Positions 45,575 through 56,246 of a DNA stretch of 64,000 bases are shown one piece after another. The DNA is from Diplonema japonicum (Eukaryota; Protista; Euglenozoa: Diplonemea). The position numbers and the translations under genes were made by a program. The notes under the pieces are model-generated. The model had not been told where the DNA came from and made no database searches. It was given only the letters and a program-made list of their open reading frames with translations. The first letter of the stretch is position 1, and each line of letters begins with the position of its first letter. Where the stretch lies: assembly GCA_964019335.1 (NCBI GenBank), contig OZ025724.1:248001-312000 (forward strand), read 5' to 3'.

Positions 45575-47206
45575 TCACCTCGACACATCCTCGGAGTAAG
45601 GTTGGTTTGGCACCTTGGGGCACGTGTTGGTTGCACCCTCATCGTTTTTCGATCTCATTTCAATGTCGTTTAAAACATCATCCGTCTCGGTTCGCTTCAG
45701 CCCACGGTTGGGCGACAGGTGGGTAATAATCTGAGGCCCAGTACAGTCGCAAGTTGAAGAGTTAAGGTCGTCCACCCCGGGCTTGAATATCCCAAACGCG
45801 AAATCCTCAGCTTCAAGGCCGGCAAGATAATCATCAGAGGTATCGACCTCTTCAAAATTCTTCGTCGTAATATACTTGTAATTTTCATAGATCTTTCGAG
45901 CGGGGAGGACACGCATGATGACCAGCTCGACCACAACCTTGGCGATGGTGAACAACGCGAAACCGGTAACCAGCGTCAAAAGAACAGCCTTCAAGGAAAA
46001 CTGCGTGAGGAACCCCTTCTGTATAAAGATGATCCGCAACCCGTGCCTGTTAAAAAACGTCACAGTATCGTTGTTCCGAACCGCGGTCACCGTTTTGAAC
46101 TCCGCTTTCGGTATAAATTGAACTTCGTAGGTGTACTGTAGCTTGCTAACCTGCATCCCAGGGGTTGCATAGTCAATCATTACCATGAAAACCCCCCCAT
46201 CGTATCTCAACGTTGCTGGTAGGCAATATGTGTCGTCCGGTGAAACAGGCGTTTTTGGATTACATGAGTTAGCAATGGGGTCCCAAGTGCATCTGTTTTG
46301 TTCAATAGAATTGCAAGTGTCGTAAGATGCGAGTGTGCAAATCGGGCCTGCCCAGTAGCACGGTGAATCACAGTCGGATGTGTTTAGTTTTTCATGGCAG
46401 TTTGCATTTTCTGAATCGTCTGTGAATGAGTCGAGGCCTTTGGGGCCGAGCCCGGCGGATTCGAGGAATTTTCCGATTGTTAAAATATCGCCGGATGCAA
46501 TTCCTAAAAAACCTTGTTTGTCGATGAGCCTTGCGATGTCCGACGTCGGGCTGCGTGGGACAAAGGACAAATCGCTACCAGTTGGCATTGTCAGCACCGC
46601 CGTCCGAAGATCCGCAGAATGCCTTACGACGTCTGTCTTCGAACCGTACACTGCATGAGACCACATCATTGTAAACCTCTCGATATCGCCAACAAAATAC
46701 GATTTTGAACGAATTTTATTCATTGAACTGTACGTCTCCGGTAGAGGGCATGGTATCCCTTGTTCGTTGATAAGAGAAACGTCGCTTCCATCCTTGTTGC
46801 GGATGTATATCGGCTCGGAACAGCCCGGTTCATACTGTTCTGTAAGAATGCTTATTCTCGTGGAGAGAAACATTGAGAATTCTTCTCCGGGTGGGTTTAG
46901 GGTTGTTACTTCGTCCAACCATAAGCATGGGAGTGTCATGCTAGTGGGTGCGAGGCCGTTTCTACAGTATGTCTCGAGTGATTTGTTGTGGGAGCCGCGT
47001 CGTAAGGAAGTTGTGATGCCTCCGTGTGGTGCCTCTTTGATGAGGTAGCCTTCTTGTAGAAGTAGCTCGTATATTACCACATAGGCGAAAATTGCAGCGC
47101 TGATGAGAATTCGAGCGAAGCCTAGCTTTCTGTCACGGATGCGGACCACTTTTACAGTTTCGTAGGCGAAAAGATGGTTGAGGACTTCGTTTCTCCACCA
47201 TCCCAT
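45575..47206 (-). CDS. P2X receptor (ATP-gated ion channel family)
   Basis: YETVKVV (YxTxK) motif, TM1 ending in GY, large ectodomain, HGLRIIF..G...FS, TM2 LVTGFALF...VVELV, YENYK (YxxxK). Confidence 0.88.
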   Translation of the reverse strand: MGWWRNEVLNHLFAYETVKVVRIRDRKLGFARILISAAIFAYVVIYELLLQEGYLIKEAPHGGITTSLRRGSHNKSLETYCRNGLAPTSMTLPCLWLDEVTTLNPPGEEFSMFLSTRISILTEQYEPGCSEPIYIRNKDGSDVSLINEQGIPCPLPETYSSMNKIRSKSYFVGDIERFTMMWSHAVYGSKTDVVRHSADLRTAVLTMPTGSDLSFVPRSPTSDIARLIDKQGFLGIASGDILTIGKFLESAGLGPKGLDSFTDDSENANCHEKLNTSDCDSPCYWAGPICTLASYDTCNSIEQNRCTWDPIANSCNPKTPVSPDDTYCLPATLRYDGGVFMVMIDYATPGMQVSKLQYTYEVQFIPKAEFKTVTAVRNNDTVTFFNRHGLRIIFIQKGFLTQFSLKAVLLTLVTGFALFTIAKVVVELVIMRVLPARKIYENYKYITTKNFEEVDTSDDYLAGLEAEDFAFGIFKPGVDDLNSSTCDCTGPQIITHLSPNRGLKRTETDDVLNDIEMRSKNDEGATNTCPKVPNQPYSEDVSR

Positions 47207-47399
47207 TGCAGCGATGTTTTCCCTCCCCCCCCCCCCCCCCGCCCCTTTGAAAGGTTGTTGTTTTTTTTTTTTTTTTTAGAAAAGAAAAAAAAAATGAAAA
47301 TTTATTTATTATTATTTTTTTTTTTTTTTATATATATTTTTTTTTTTTTTTTTTTTTCGTACAAAGTAAATGTTTGACAAAGAAGCGATATTTTTTTTT

Positions 47400-47692
47400 T
47401 TTATTTCACTCTTCGTCATTTTTTTGTCACTCACTACGGGGGGGGGGGGGGGGGGGGGGGGCTCATAATTTAACGCGAAATGGCAACCCTGCAGTGCTAT
47501 AGTTCCCCTTTAAATGCCACGGCGAAATAGCAACCCCATATTACCTTAGGAAAATCCCCAAAAAGGCTGACCTGCGTGAAAAAAAACAGCAGTGAAAGCA
47601 GTGAAGAGTGAGTGACTCAAACGACGAAGAGTGAAATAAAACGACTTACTTGCCGCCAAATGAGCCATTATTTGTTGGCAATAAATAGTTAT
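47400..47692. mobile_element. Shorter copy of the 44365-44936 Crypton-like element lacking the hairpin core
   Basis: Near identity over 47505-47692 and at the left end; the hairpin is missing between the CATTATTT repeats. Confidence 0.8.
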
Positions 47693-48248
47693 TTTTCCTC
47701 CCTCTCCCCCCGTTTTCTCTCTTTTTTTTTTTGTTGCTCTCCCTTTTTTTATCCCCCTTTTTTTTATGAAATGAATTTTGGTTCAACAAGATTCGGGGAT
47801 GTTAAGATAATGGTCCGTTTTTTTTTTCTTTTATAATGAGAAAAGGAGGGGGGGGGGGGGGGGGAAGGAAGAAGAGAAAGAAAAAAAGAAAGGTGTTAGC
47901 GCCTACGACGTAGGACTAGTTTAGGTTTTTTTTTTTTTTTTTTTTTTTTTCAAAGGAGAGAACACACATAAGAAAAAAAAATTAAAAGGAAAAAAGCAAA
48001 GAGAAACGAGGGGGGGAAAAAAAAAATGTTACATGAAAAAAAAATTGTAAAATAAAATTCTTGAGGTTTTTCCTTTTTTTTTTTGAGAAAGGGGGAGGGG
48101 AAAATTTTTCACTATGATGGGGGGGGGGGGGAAGGGGGAGAAAGCCCATCGACCCACTAAAAAAAACTAAGCGCTTCGCGCTCTAAGTAAAAAAAAAAAA
48201 AAAAAAAAATCTTTTTTTTCTAAAAAAAAAAAAAAAAAAACTATAATA

Positions 48249-48538
48249 TTACACAGACCGACAGTCATCAGTGCAGGCAAACACTGTTGGTGTCCGCCTA
48301 CCTTTTCGAAAAATATCGCTGCCCCCATGCCGCCCCTTAATCTTCTTAGTGGCTGGTTCAACAGAATGGCTTCTGTATGAGGCCTTAGAGAGCATTGTAC
48401 AAGGAGTGTTCTTATGCCGGAAGTGAGGCGGAGCTGTCGAACTGCGCTGGCGTGGTTTCAAGGCCTTTTTCTTGGGTCGCCGCTTTCTCATCACTTTCAT
48501 GTGTCGATCCTTGTGCCACTCCCACCCGCTCTGGGCGC

Positions 48539-48569
<31 letters not shown>

Positions 48570-48823
48570 TGTACATACTCCGAGTCACAATAAATTGCCG
48601 CTTTACACTCACACCATCTGGCCGCCATGTTTTTCAACCCACACCAGCTGCACTCAAGCCATTCTCGGTCGTAAAATTTTAACCCGCATTCTGTACACAC
48701 CAATACAATTGGTGTTTTCCACCACGTACTCGGAGCCCTTCCCCCTTCCCGGTATCCATAATCCTGTTCATTATGTAATGCTGTGATATCACAGTTTTGG
48801 AGGTGCTTCCTGTGACCATGCAT
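48249..48823 (-). CDS. MYND-type zinc-finger protein, 178 aa, 2 exons (48823-48579, 48540-48249)
   Basis: Splicing out 48541-48578 yields CSWC...CECKAAIYCDSDCAQSGWEWHK, a MYND-like pattern, and joins ORF 48249-48500 in frame (537 nt). Confidence 0.78.
48541..48578 (-). other. 38-nt intron GTATGTAC-A29-G
   Basis: Its removal creates the MYND YC..DC..W..HK motif. Confidence 0.8.
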
Positions 48824-49765
48824 GTTTTTTTTTTGGGGGGGGAGGCCCCAAGGGGGGAGGGGGGGTATTACCCCTGTCCCCAAACCCTTGTTTTGTCTCC
48901 CTTTTTTTTTTTTTTTTTTTTTTTTCCAAGAAATTTCCAAAAAAAAAAAAAAAAGTTTTTTTTAAAAACACACAGACGGAGGAAAAAAAAAAAGGGGGGG
49001 AAAGAGCCGGGTTTTTGGGTATAAATCCTGAGGGATAATACTGCATGCTAACCCCCTACTCTTTTTACACAAAAAATAAAAAAATAAAAAAATAAATAGA
49101 GGAACTGGCAATTGGCAAACCGGGGGGGGGGAAAGGGGGAACTGGCCGTTATTTGTACGTGGGCAGGTGAAAAACCTGGAGAAGGCTAACAACCCGTAAA
49201 ACACTATTTACGTAGATTAACGGTCCCCTTTGTTCGAACAAGGTAAAGACACCTTCCATCACGTTTGCCGTCATCGCTCTGTTTCCCCCTTTTTGTTTAG
49301 ACATGTCACAGACTCAAAAGATGTGGAAATAAAACAAAAAAAAAAAAAACAAAAAAAAAAAGGAAAACAAAGGAAAGATAAAGAGCGAAGCCATAGTACC
49401 AGAAAAAAAAAAAAAAAAAAAAAGCAAGAAAAAGGGGGGAAAAGGTTTTGCTGTTGTAGGCTGCAGGCGTCAGTACGCTCATTACAGAACTACGAGAGAA
49501 GGTGTACCTGAGCACTATGGGTAAAGCCCATTGCACTGAGGGAAAAATCTTCACCACGAAAGTGAGAGTGTGATGACACGCAAGCTAATCAGGGCCCTCT
49601 CAGCAAATGCTTTCTGAGAGGGAACCACGCTGCTTTTTTTCTTTTTTTTTTTTTTTTCTCGTTTCATTTCTTTATCAAGTTCGAACCGTATTTTTCCCGC
49701 GAGTCGCCTCTTTGTTGTGGCGCTGAAGCCTGCCATGTTTTAGAGGTAGCAATTTTTATACAGTT

Positions 49766-49797
<32 letters not shown>

Positions 49798-50096
49798 CCC
49801 CTCGTCAAAAAAAAATGGCAAGTGCCACTAACTGTGAAGTGGGAGTGTTTGTAGCCAAGGGGCACACATACGGAGCAAAAAAAAAAAGAAAAAAAGAAAA
49901 AAAGGGCCTGTAAAACGATTATATGATCTCCGGAAAAAGCTGGCTTTTTCGCTCCATTTCTTGCGCTTTTTTTTGTTGTTGTTTTTTTTTTTTTTTTTTT
50001 TTTTTGTTTGTACAAAGCCGGGTTGCAACGAACAAATTGCCAACCACCCTTTGTTTTTTGTAGCAAAGACGGTTGTTGAAAAATAAGAAACAAAAA

Positions 50097-50405
50097 ACTC
50101 GATCTTTTAACGTCAAGGTGACACAAGTCAAACGGCGCTCAGTACCACCACCACAGTCTGCTCCAAGTGTGCCTAAGTACAAGGGGTGGGGGTGTTTGTA
50201 GCCAAACGACACATAGGAGTAGTGTGTTCTAACCTGTGCGGTGCCACCTCTCAGACATGGGGTGGCATCTTTTTTTACGTTTGCCTTTATTGGTGTCTCT
50301 CCGCCGAGCACCTGCCACCTTTTGGCACAGGCCTTCCTGTAATGACTCGCTTAAAGGGAGGTGTCGTTAGGCACCTAGACCCGGCCAAAGGTCTTGCTGC
50401 CCCAT
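50097..50405 (-). mobile_element. SINE-like element (structured head; tail shared with 16378-16650)
   Basis: Shared head and tail blocks; ends GACGTTAAAAGATCGAG followed by a T-run. Confidence 0.6.
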
Positions 50406-50565
50406 AAAAAAACAGGGAAAGCGAGAATATAGAAGGGGGGGGGGGGGGGGTGTGGGGGGTGTTGTAACGCTACTAGGTTTACTACTTTTTTTTGATATAA
50501 CTTTTAAAAGTGGGGGGAGGGGTGGGGGAAAAAATATATAATATATGGGACTTCCTTTTCCCCCC

Positions 50566-51564
50566 CTAACTTTTGTTGATGGACCGCAGCTCCTCCATTT
50601 CATTGCTGTCATAACGCAGGGTTCTCTGCTTCACCTTGATGTACGCGAAAACGAGAAGAGCGACAAAAGCCACACTCCCGAGCACCGCAAAGACGATGGC
50701 GACAGTATTACTGCTCGATGAAGAGGAGCCTTGGGGTGTGTAAACAGGGGCATCCAGAGGCACATTCAGACCAGGTGCAGTAGGGTCCGGCATTTTAGGA
50801 GCAGTCACATCCATAGGCGTAGGCATTTTAGGAGCAGTCACATCCATAGGCGTAGGCATTTTAGGAGCAGTCACATCCATAGGCGTAGGCATTTTAGGAG
50901 CAGTCACATCCATAGGCGTAGGCATTTTAGGAGCAGTCACATCCATAGGCGTAGGCATTTTAGGAGCAGTCACATCCATAGGCGTAGGCATTTTAGGAGC
51001 AGTCACATCCATAGGCGTAGGCATTTTAGGAGCAGTCACATCCATAGGCGTAGGCATTTTAGGAGCAGTCACATCCATAGGCGTAGGCATTTTAGGAGCA
51101 GTCACATCCATAGGCGTAGGCATTTTAGGAGCAGTCACATCCATAGGCGTAGGCATTTTAGGAGCAGTCACATCCATAGGCGTAGGCATTTTAGGAGCAG
51201 TCACATCCATAGGCGGAACCACGATAGGAGAAGTGGCGTCCATAGGGGTGTGTTCCGCACTGGGCACAGTAATGTTTGCCTCTGGGACCTCATTAGGCAC
51301 AGTGCCCTCGCTTGGCACTGTGACATTCCCTTCAGGAACTGTGCTCTCGGTTGGGGCTGTAACGTTCGCCTCCGGCGCTTCAAGTGGCACGGTGGAGTTG
51401 GCTGACGGGACCAACGCTTCGCTGGGCACACTGCTGTTCCCCTCTGGCACCGTCACGTTGTCCTCAGGGGTCATTAGTAGGGACCTCTCAGCTACGGCCG
51501 TCCCTTCAGCCAGTGCACACATTGCTGCACACAGCACAAGCAACACTAAGGTATTTTGATTCAT
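50566..51564 (-). CDS. Type I membrane mucin-like surface protein
   Basis: Signal peptide from Met 51564 (after a long A-run), many NxT/S sequons, 13 PMDVTAPKMPT repeats, single TM, short cytoplasmic tail. Confidence 0.85.
   Translation of the reverse strand: MNQNTLVLLVLCAAMCALAEGTAVAERSLLMTPEDNVTVPEGNSSVPSEALVPSANSTVPLEAPEANVTAPTESTVPEGNVTVPSEGTVPNEVPEANITVPSAEHTPMDATSPIVVPPMDVTAPKMPTPMDVTAPKMPTPMDVTAPKMPTPMDVTAPKMPTPMDVTAPKMPTPMDVTAPKMPTPMDVTAPKMPTPMDVTAPKMPTPMDVTAPKMPTPMDVTAPKMPTPMDVTAPKMPTPMDVTAPKMPTPMDVTAPKMPDPTAPGLNVPLDAPVYTPQGSSSSSSNTVAIVFAVLGSVAFVALLVFAYIKVKQRTLRYDSNEMEELRSINKS
50789..51215. repeat. 13 essentially identical copies of a 33-nt coding minisatellite
   Basis: GGCATTTTAGGAGCAGTCACATCCATAGGCGTA repeated; first unit starts at 50789, last at 51185. 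Confidence 0.95.
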
Positions 51565-51565
51565 T

Positions 51566-51598
<33 letters not shown>

Positions 51599-52273
51599 CC
51601 CGCCTCCCTTTCGGTTTGTATAAAGAATACGAGAAATATTTTAAAAGAAAAAAAAAATAAAATAAGAAAAAAAGAAGAGAGAGAAAGAGAAGGAAAAAAA
51701 AAAAAAAGGTGGGGAAAAAAAAACTTTAGAACATCAATCGTAAATTTCTTATGATGAAGATTGGCATAACAATGATGGTAGATAGCTTTTACCTGAAAAT
51801 CTTTGTCGCTCGGGCACTCTTCGTGCAAAGTACAGGAGAAAATGAGAGGGGGGGGGAAGAAACAAATAAGAAGTAATTTTTGCCACCGCGGGAAAAAAAG
51901 AAAAGCTCTCTTTCATGTTCTCCTGAAGTAAAATGGCCCATTGCGAGGAAAGTCTCGAAGCTTCCCAAAAGTCCCGTAGAAAGTAAAAAGTAGAAATAAG
52001 AAAAAAGAGGCGAGGGGGGAAGGCTGAGGTGCGACACAGTTGAAAAAGTTGAAAAGGGGGGCAAGACACCCCCCTTTAACAGAATGAATTTTCTTTTTTA
52101 CAGGAACGGGAGTGTAAAAAGAACAACTGAGCTATTTGCTATTGTTTCCTCCTCCCCCCTTTTTTTTTCACACCATTTTCTTCACTCACATTACGACTCA
52201 ATTTTTGCAAAAAAAAAAAAAAAAAAAAAAAAAAAACAAAGATTCATTTCTCGAAACCGATTTGGCACTCGAA

Positions 52274-52304
<31 letters not shown>

Positions 52305-53512
52305 CTTTTTTTCCAGCCACAGATTCGGAGCAATTTGGTCAAGTAGTGAGTGGGCCAAATGATGAAAGGGGTATTTAAAAAAAAGGGGGGGGGGAAACAA
52401 CTTACCTAACCCAAATAACTGGCTTTTTTTTACTTGTTGGTAAATAGCTACTGGAGTCGTCGAGCCATTTCATTTTCTTCTTTTTTCTTTTTCTTTTTTT
52501 TGTTTGTGTGTCTCGTACTGATTGGTTGCTGCTTTCGAAAAGTGTTTCAGTCCCGCAAGGCGCCATTGAATGGATAATAATCCCCAAGGGATGGTTTACA
52601 ATTTTTTTTTTTTGTATTTTTTTTTTTGTTTGAAAATGAAGAGAGCATTTGCTTGAGGCTGATAAAAATGGGACAACCCCTCACAGACACAGAAACAAAA
52701 GAGTGATGAGGAGATGGAGAAAAAAAAACAAAAAAAAAAAAATCCGCATCTTTTTTTTTTTTTTTTTTCTTCCAAAAGGCAAGCCGAGAGGTGTTCATAA
52801 AATAAGTCATTCTTCATATCAAAGGGACAACCAGCAATACTGATTTAAAAACTTTTTTTTTCCCTTGAAGGAAATACACACCAATTACCTCAGCCCTATG
52901 AGACAGGAAAACAGTCTCAGCTTTTAAACAAGAGCTGGGTTTTTATTTCATACTTTTTTTTTTTTTTTTTTTGCTTTGCTGGTATGTATCCTCTTTCTTC
53001 TGTTTTTTTTTTTTTTTTTTTTTTTTTTTTGAAAGGTAAGCAACAGTTTAATTTACAAAAGAACGACATAAAAAAAAGGGTTTTGGAAAAAAATAAAAGA
53101 AAGGCAGAGCAAAAGAAAAAAAGGGGGGGGGGGAGAGGGAAAGAAAGAAAAAAAGGGGAAGAAAGGACGACCGTCCCTTCATATCCCTCTTTTTTTTTTC
53201 TTCCCCCCCCCCGCCTTTGTTTGAGTGTACCCTTCCTTGCAGGAAGGTTGTTTTCATATTTCTTTTTTCATTGCATGTTGAGCTTGTAATATAATCGCAA
53301 ATCTTGTAATTTTTTTTTTTAATTTTTTTCCCCTGGAAAAAAAAGAAAAGTAATGTCATTGAAGGGGCCGTCAATGTGACAGGATTAGCCTAAACGACAG
53401 TCCCCCAACTTCTGCTTGACCCATTCTGTCTTGAATAAAGAACATAGGGGAGCGTGTTTAAAAAAAAGGGGGGAAAAAGAAGAAGAAAAAATAGTTAGCA
53501 GCGCCTTACCAA

Positions 53513-53548
<36 letters not shown>

Positions 53549-53739
53549 CGTCACTATTTTATGAAACTATTTTTTCGTTGTCTCCCTCCCCCCCCAAAAA
53601 AAATAAAAATAAAAATTAAAAAAAAGCACTCAGCGAAAGAAGAGGAAAATCTTTTTTGGAAAAACAACGTTACAGCGTTTCCTTAAGTATCTGAAAAAGA
53701 AGAAAACAGAAACGTTTTCCCAATTTCTTGCCAGTATAG

Positions 53740-54170
53740 CCATGGGGGGGGATAGGGGGGGTCACATGGGGGTGGTAAAGTGGGTTTTTTCAAATTCGGA
53801 AATGCAGAACACTGGAGCCACTTAAACCATTTGTAAAACACCCCTTTCTCGACCAAAAAATCGATTTCCGCCCGGTACTTTTCACTTTTGGGCACCTACA
53901 AGGCATTATTTTGCATTTTTAAAACTGGTGACCACGGTTTGGTACCTGGCCTGTTGTCTCCCCTGTAGTTTCTGAGTTTTCTGAAAACTTTAGAATTCGG
54001 CGGAATTTGGTTCCACCCTTTGAACGCGGCTCTTTAGGACGCCGCTACCGTTTGAACGGCAGAGTACTGTCGTTGTTTTGCGCGGTATTTCTGATGAATA
54101 TCTATCATTTTCCCGAGGTTAGGATGTAGTTTGTTTTTGCAAATATTTCAGGTACCAAACCGTGGTCACT
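53740..54170. repeat. Dispersed non-coding repeat with a perfect internal 21-bp inverted repeat
   Basis: GTGACCACGGTTTGGTACCTG (53928-53948) / CAGGTACCAAACCGTGGTCAC (54149-54169); 53740-53948 recurs inverted and diverged at ~43343-43545. Confidence 0.7.
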
Positions 54171-54744
54171 GTTTCCGGCGAATTTTGATTTTTTGGTTAA
54201 TTTGGAGGGTATTGGGCGGTTTTATTTACCTTAGGGGAAAATTCTTTAAAAAAGAAGAAAAATAAAAGTTTATTTGCTTTAAAAAATTCGTCAAGTCTTC
54301 AATCATTTTCTTTTTTTTTTTTTTGAAAGAATAAAACAAAAGAGAAAAAAAAAAAGGAAAACGTTAATGGTGTGCAGCCTTTCTCCCCTATTTTTTCATT
54401 CCTGTTTTTTATCTGTTTTTCTTTTTCTTCTTTCATATTAACTAGTACTGCTCATTTCTTGTACTTAACAAAAAAAAAAAAAAAAAGAAAAGTTTAAAAA
54501 AAGAGAAAAAAAACAAGGTCAGGTTGTTGTTTGTGCACAGACGGGGTACTCAACCTGTAGAAACTTTAGAGTTGATAACAAAAGAGAAAAAAAAAAAGAG
54601 AGAGAAAGAAAAAGAAGAAGAAAAAAAGAAAAACCGGCAGCAGCGAGGGGAAATGTGTAAAAGACAAGAAGAAAAAAAGTGAAATTTCGGCAAAATAGCT
54701 TTTTTCTTTTTTTTTTTATATTTAATTCTGAGCTCTCTTAAAGA

Positions 54745-55279
54745 ATTTATTCACTTTATTTCACACAGACCTGGGCGTGAAATAAAAGTATCTGATTTCT
54801 TTCCTCATGTTTTTAAGCCAAACGTTGCTGGGCGTGAAAATCAGGTACTTTATTTCACGCTCACAGTCATTTTTTAGCAAAATGGGAAGAAAACCGAAGG
54901 CGACTGGGAAGGGAGCCAAGGGCATCAGCCTCGAGAAAGAGGCCAAAACTGTGATGGAAGACACGCTTCCAACGGCAAGCAAAATGGCCTACAGGAAGGA
55001 GCGCCAAAGTACCGTGTTCAGTAAAGAGTCGCATGGTGCCGCTACAAGCAGGCAGCAGCGAAGCCACACTCAGCACTTAAATTCTTTGCGAGAGCAGCTC
55101 ATCATTAAATAAAATGTAGTATTGAATAAAATCAGAGCATGATTTCACTTGTGAGGTTTTCTTTTTGACGAGTGATTTTACTTCACGAGCGAAGCGAGTG
55201 AAGTAAAAAAACGAGTCAAAAAAAGGGGACCCCCACGCGTGAAATCAGGCCATCTGATTTTCATTTAATAAATAGCTAA
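54745..55279 (+). mobile_element. Crypton-like deletion derivative retaining a short ORF resembling a tyrosine-recombinase N-terminus
   Basis: TTTTTTAG then ATG 54882: MGRKPK...EKEAKTVMEDTLPTASKMAYRKE, recalling the 'A...LLPxxSxxxY' start of Crypton YRs; hairpin 55141-55246; end TAAATAGCTA. Confidence 0.55.
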
Positions 55280-55298
55280 TTCTTTTTCTTTTTTTTTT

Positions 55299-55800
55299 TT
55301 TTATATAACTCCAGTCAGATTTCAACTGTGGGAGTGAAAAAATATTTCAGACTAGTTCACGTTTCACTTTATTTTCACGGCAGATTTCAGGCTTGTTAGG
55401 AGAAGAACGGGGGCAGGAATGAAAATGGCGACAGCTGCTAGTGGGGCAACCTCAGCAACCCAGGCAGCAGGTCCAGGCCGAGGTCCTGTCAGCACCAATG
55501 GACGCACAGCCCACACCACACAGGATTGTATGCCTTGACAATCTATAAAATATCAACGTCAACCATAAGCACCCCCAATAAAACTTGTAACTTGTAACCT
55601 GTAATACCCCACACTTTTCAAATCTGACTGACGTTAAATAAAACAACGGATTTAGTGAAAATAGATCCGATTTTCACTTGTGGTGGCATGTTCAATTCGT
55701 TGGTGTTACTTCACTCGCTTCGCTCGTGAAGTCATATACCCACTGCCACCACGCGTGAAAATCATAATTCGATCTTGTTTTTCACTAAATAAATAGTTAA
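55299..55800. mobile_element. Crypton-like non-autonomous element
   Basis: IR TTATATAACTCCAGTCAGATTT / AAATCTGACTGACGTTAAATAA; hairpin 55669-55763; end TAAATAGTTA. Confidence 0.6.
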
Positions 55801-56246
55801 AGGTGTGAGAGGCTTATGGGCCCCATATATAACTGTAAAAACCAAAGAGGAAAAAAAAAAAAAATCGCGCTTTTTGCGGCCTGATATCTTTTTATTCTTC
55901 AGGTGGGGAAAAATCTTTAGACTCCTGATTGGAACCTTCGACCTGGCGGCACTGTGGGTAGGCACGAAGTAAGCACTTTGCAATGAACACTACACCTTGC
56001 AGCTTCTCAAACCCCAAACCCATAAGCCGCACTGAAACGGAGATGTGCCAACCCCCGAGGGGGGGGTTCTCCACAGCCTGGGAGAAACTGGTAACTTTGG
56101 AAACAAGACCCAAGAAGCCCCGTGCTTTCCATGTGGCAGGCCCCCCAGCCCAAATAAGTACAACCCAAATAAGTGTATTCCAAATATTTTTTATTTTTAT
56201 TTTTGGAGCCCTGCCCAAATAAAAAGGGATTATTCGGGGGCCTCCT
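55801..56246. mobile_element. TIR-element relative of 43041-43664 abutting the Crypton-like end
   Basis: TTAA|AGG at left; 56120-56245 is the reverse complement of 43041-43170. Confidence 0.5.

Noticed and set aside
50330-50400. Twister, HDV or hammerhead ribozyme in the SINE head
   Set aside because: Catalytic-core consensus could not be fitted and GCCTAAC is not conserved in the other copies.
50789-51215. CRISPR-like periodicity
   Set aside because: No unique spacers; an in-frame coding minisatellite in a eukaryotic gene.
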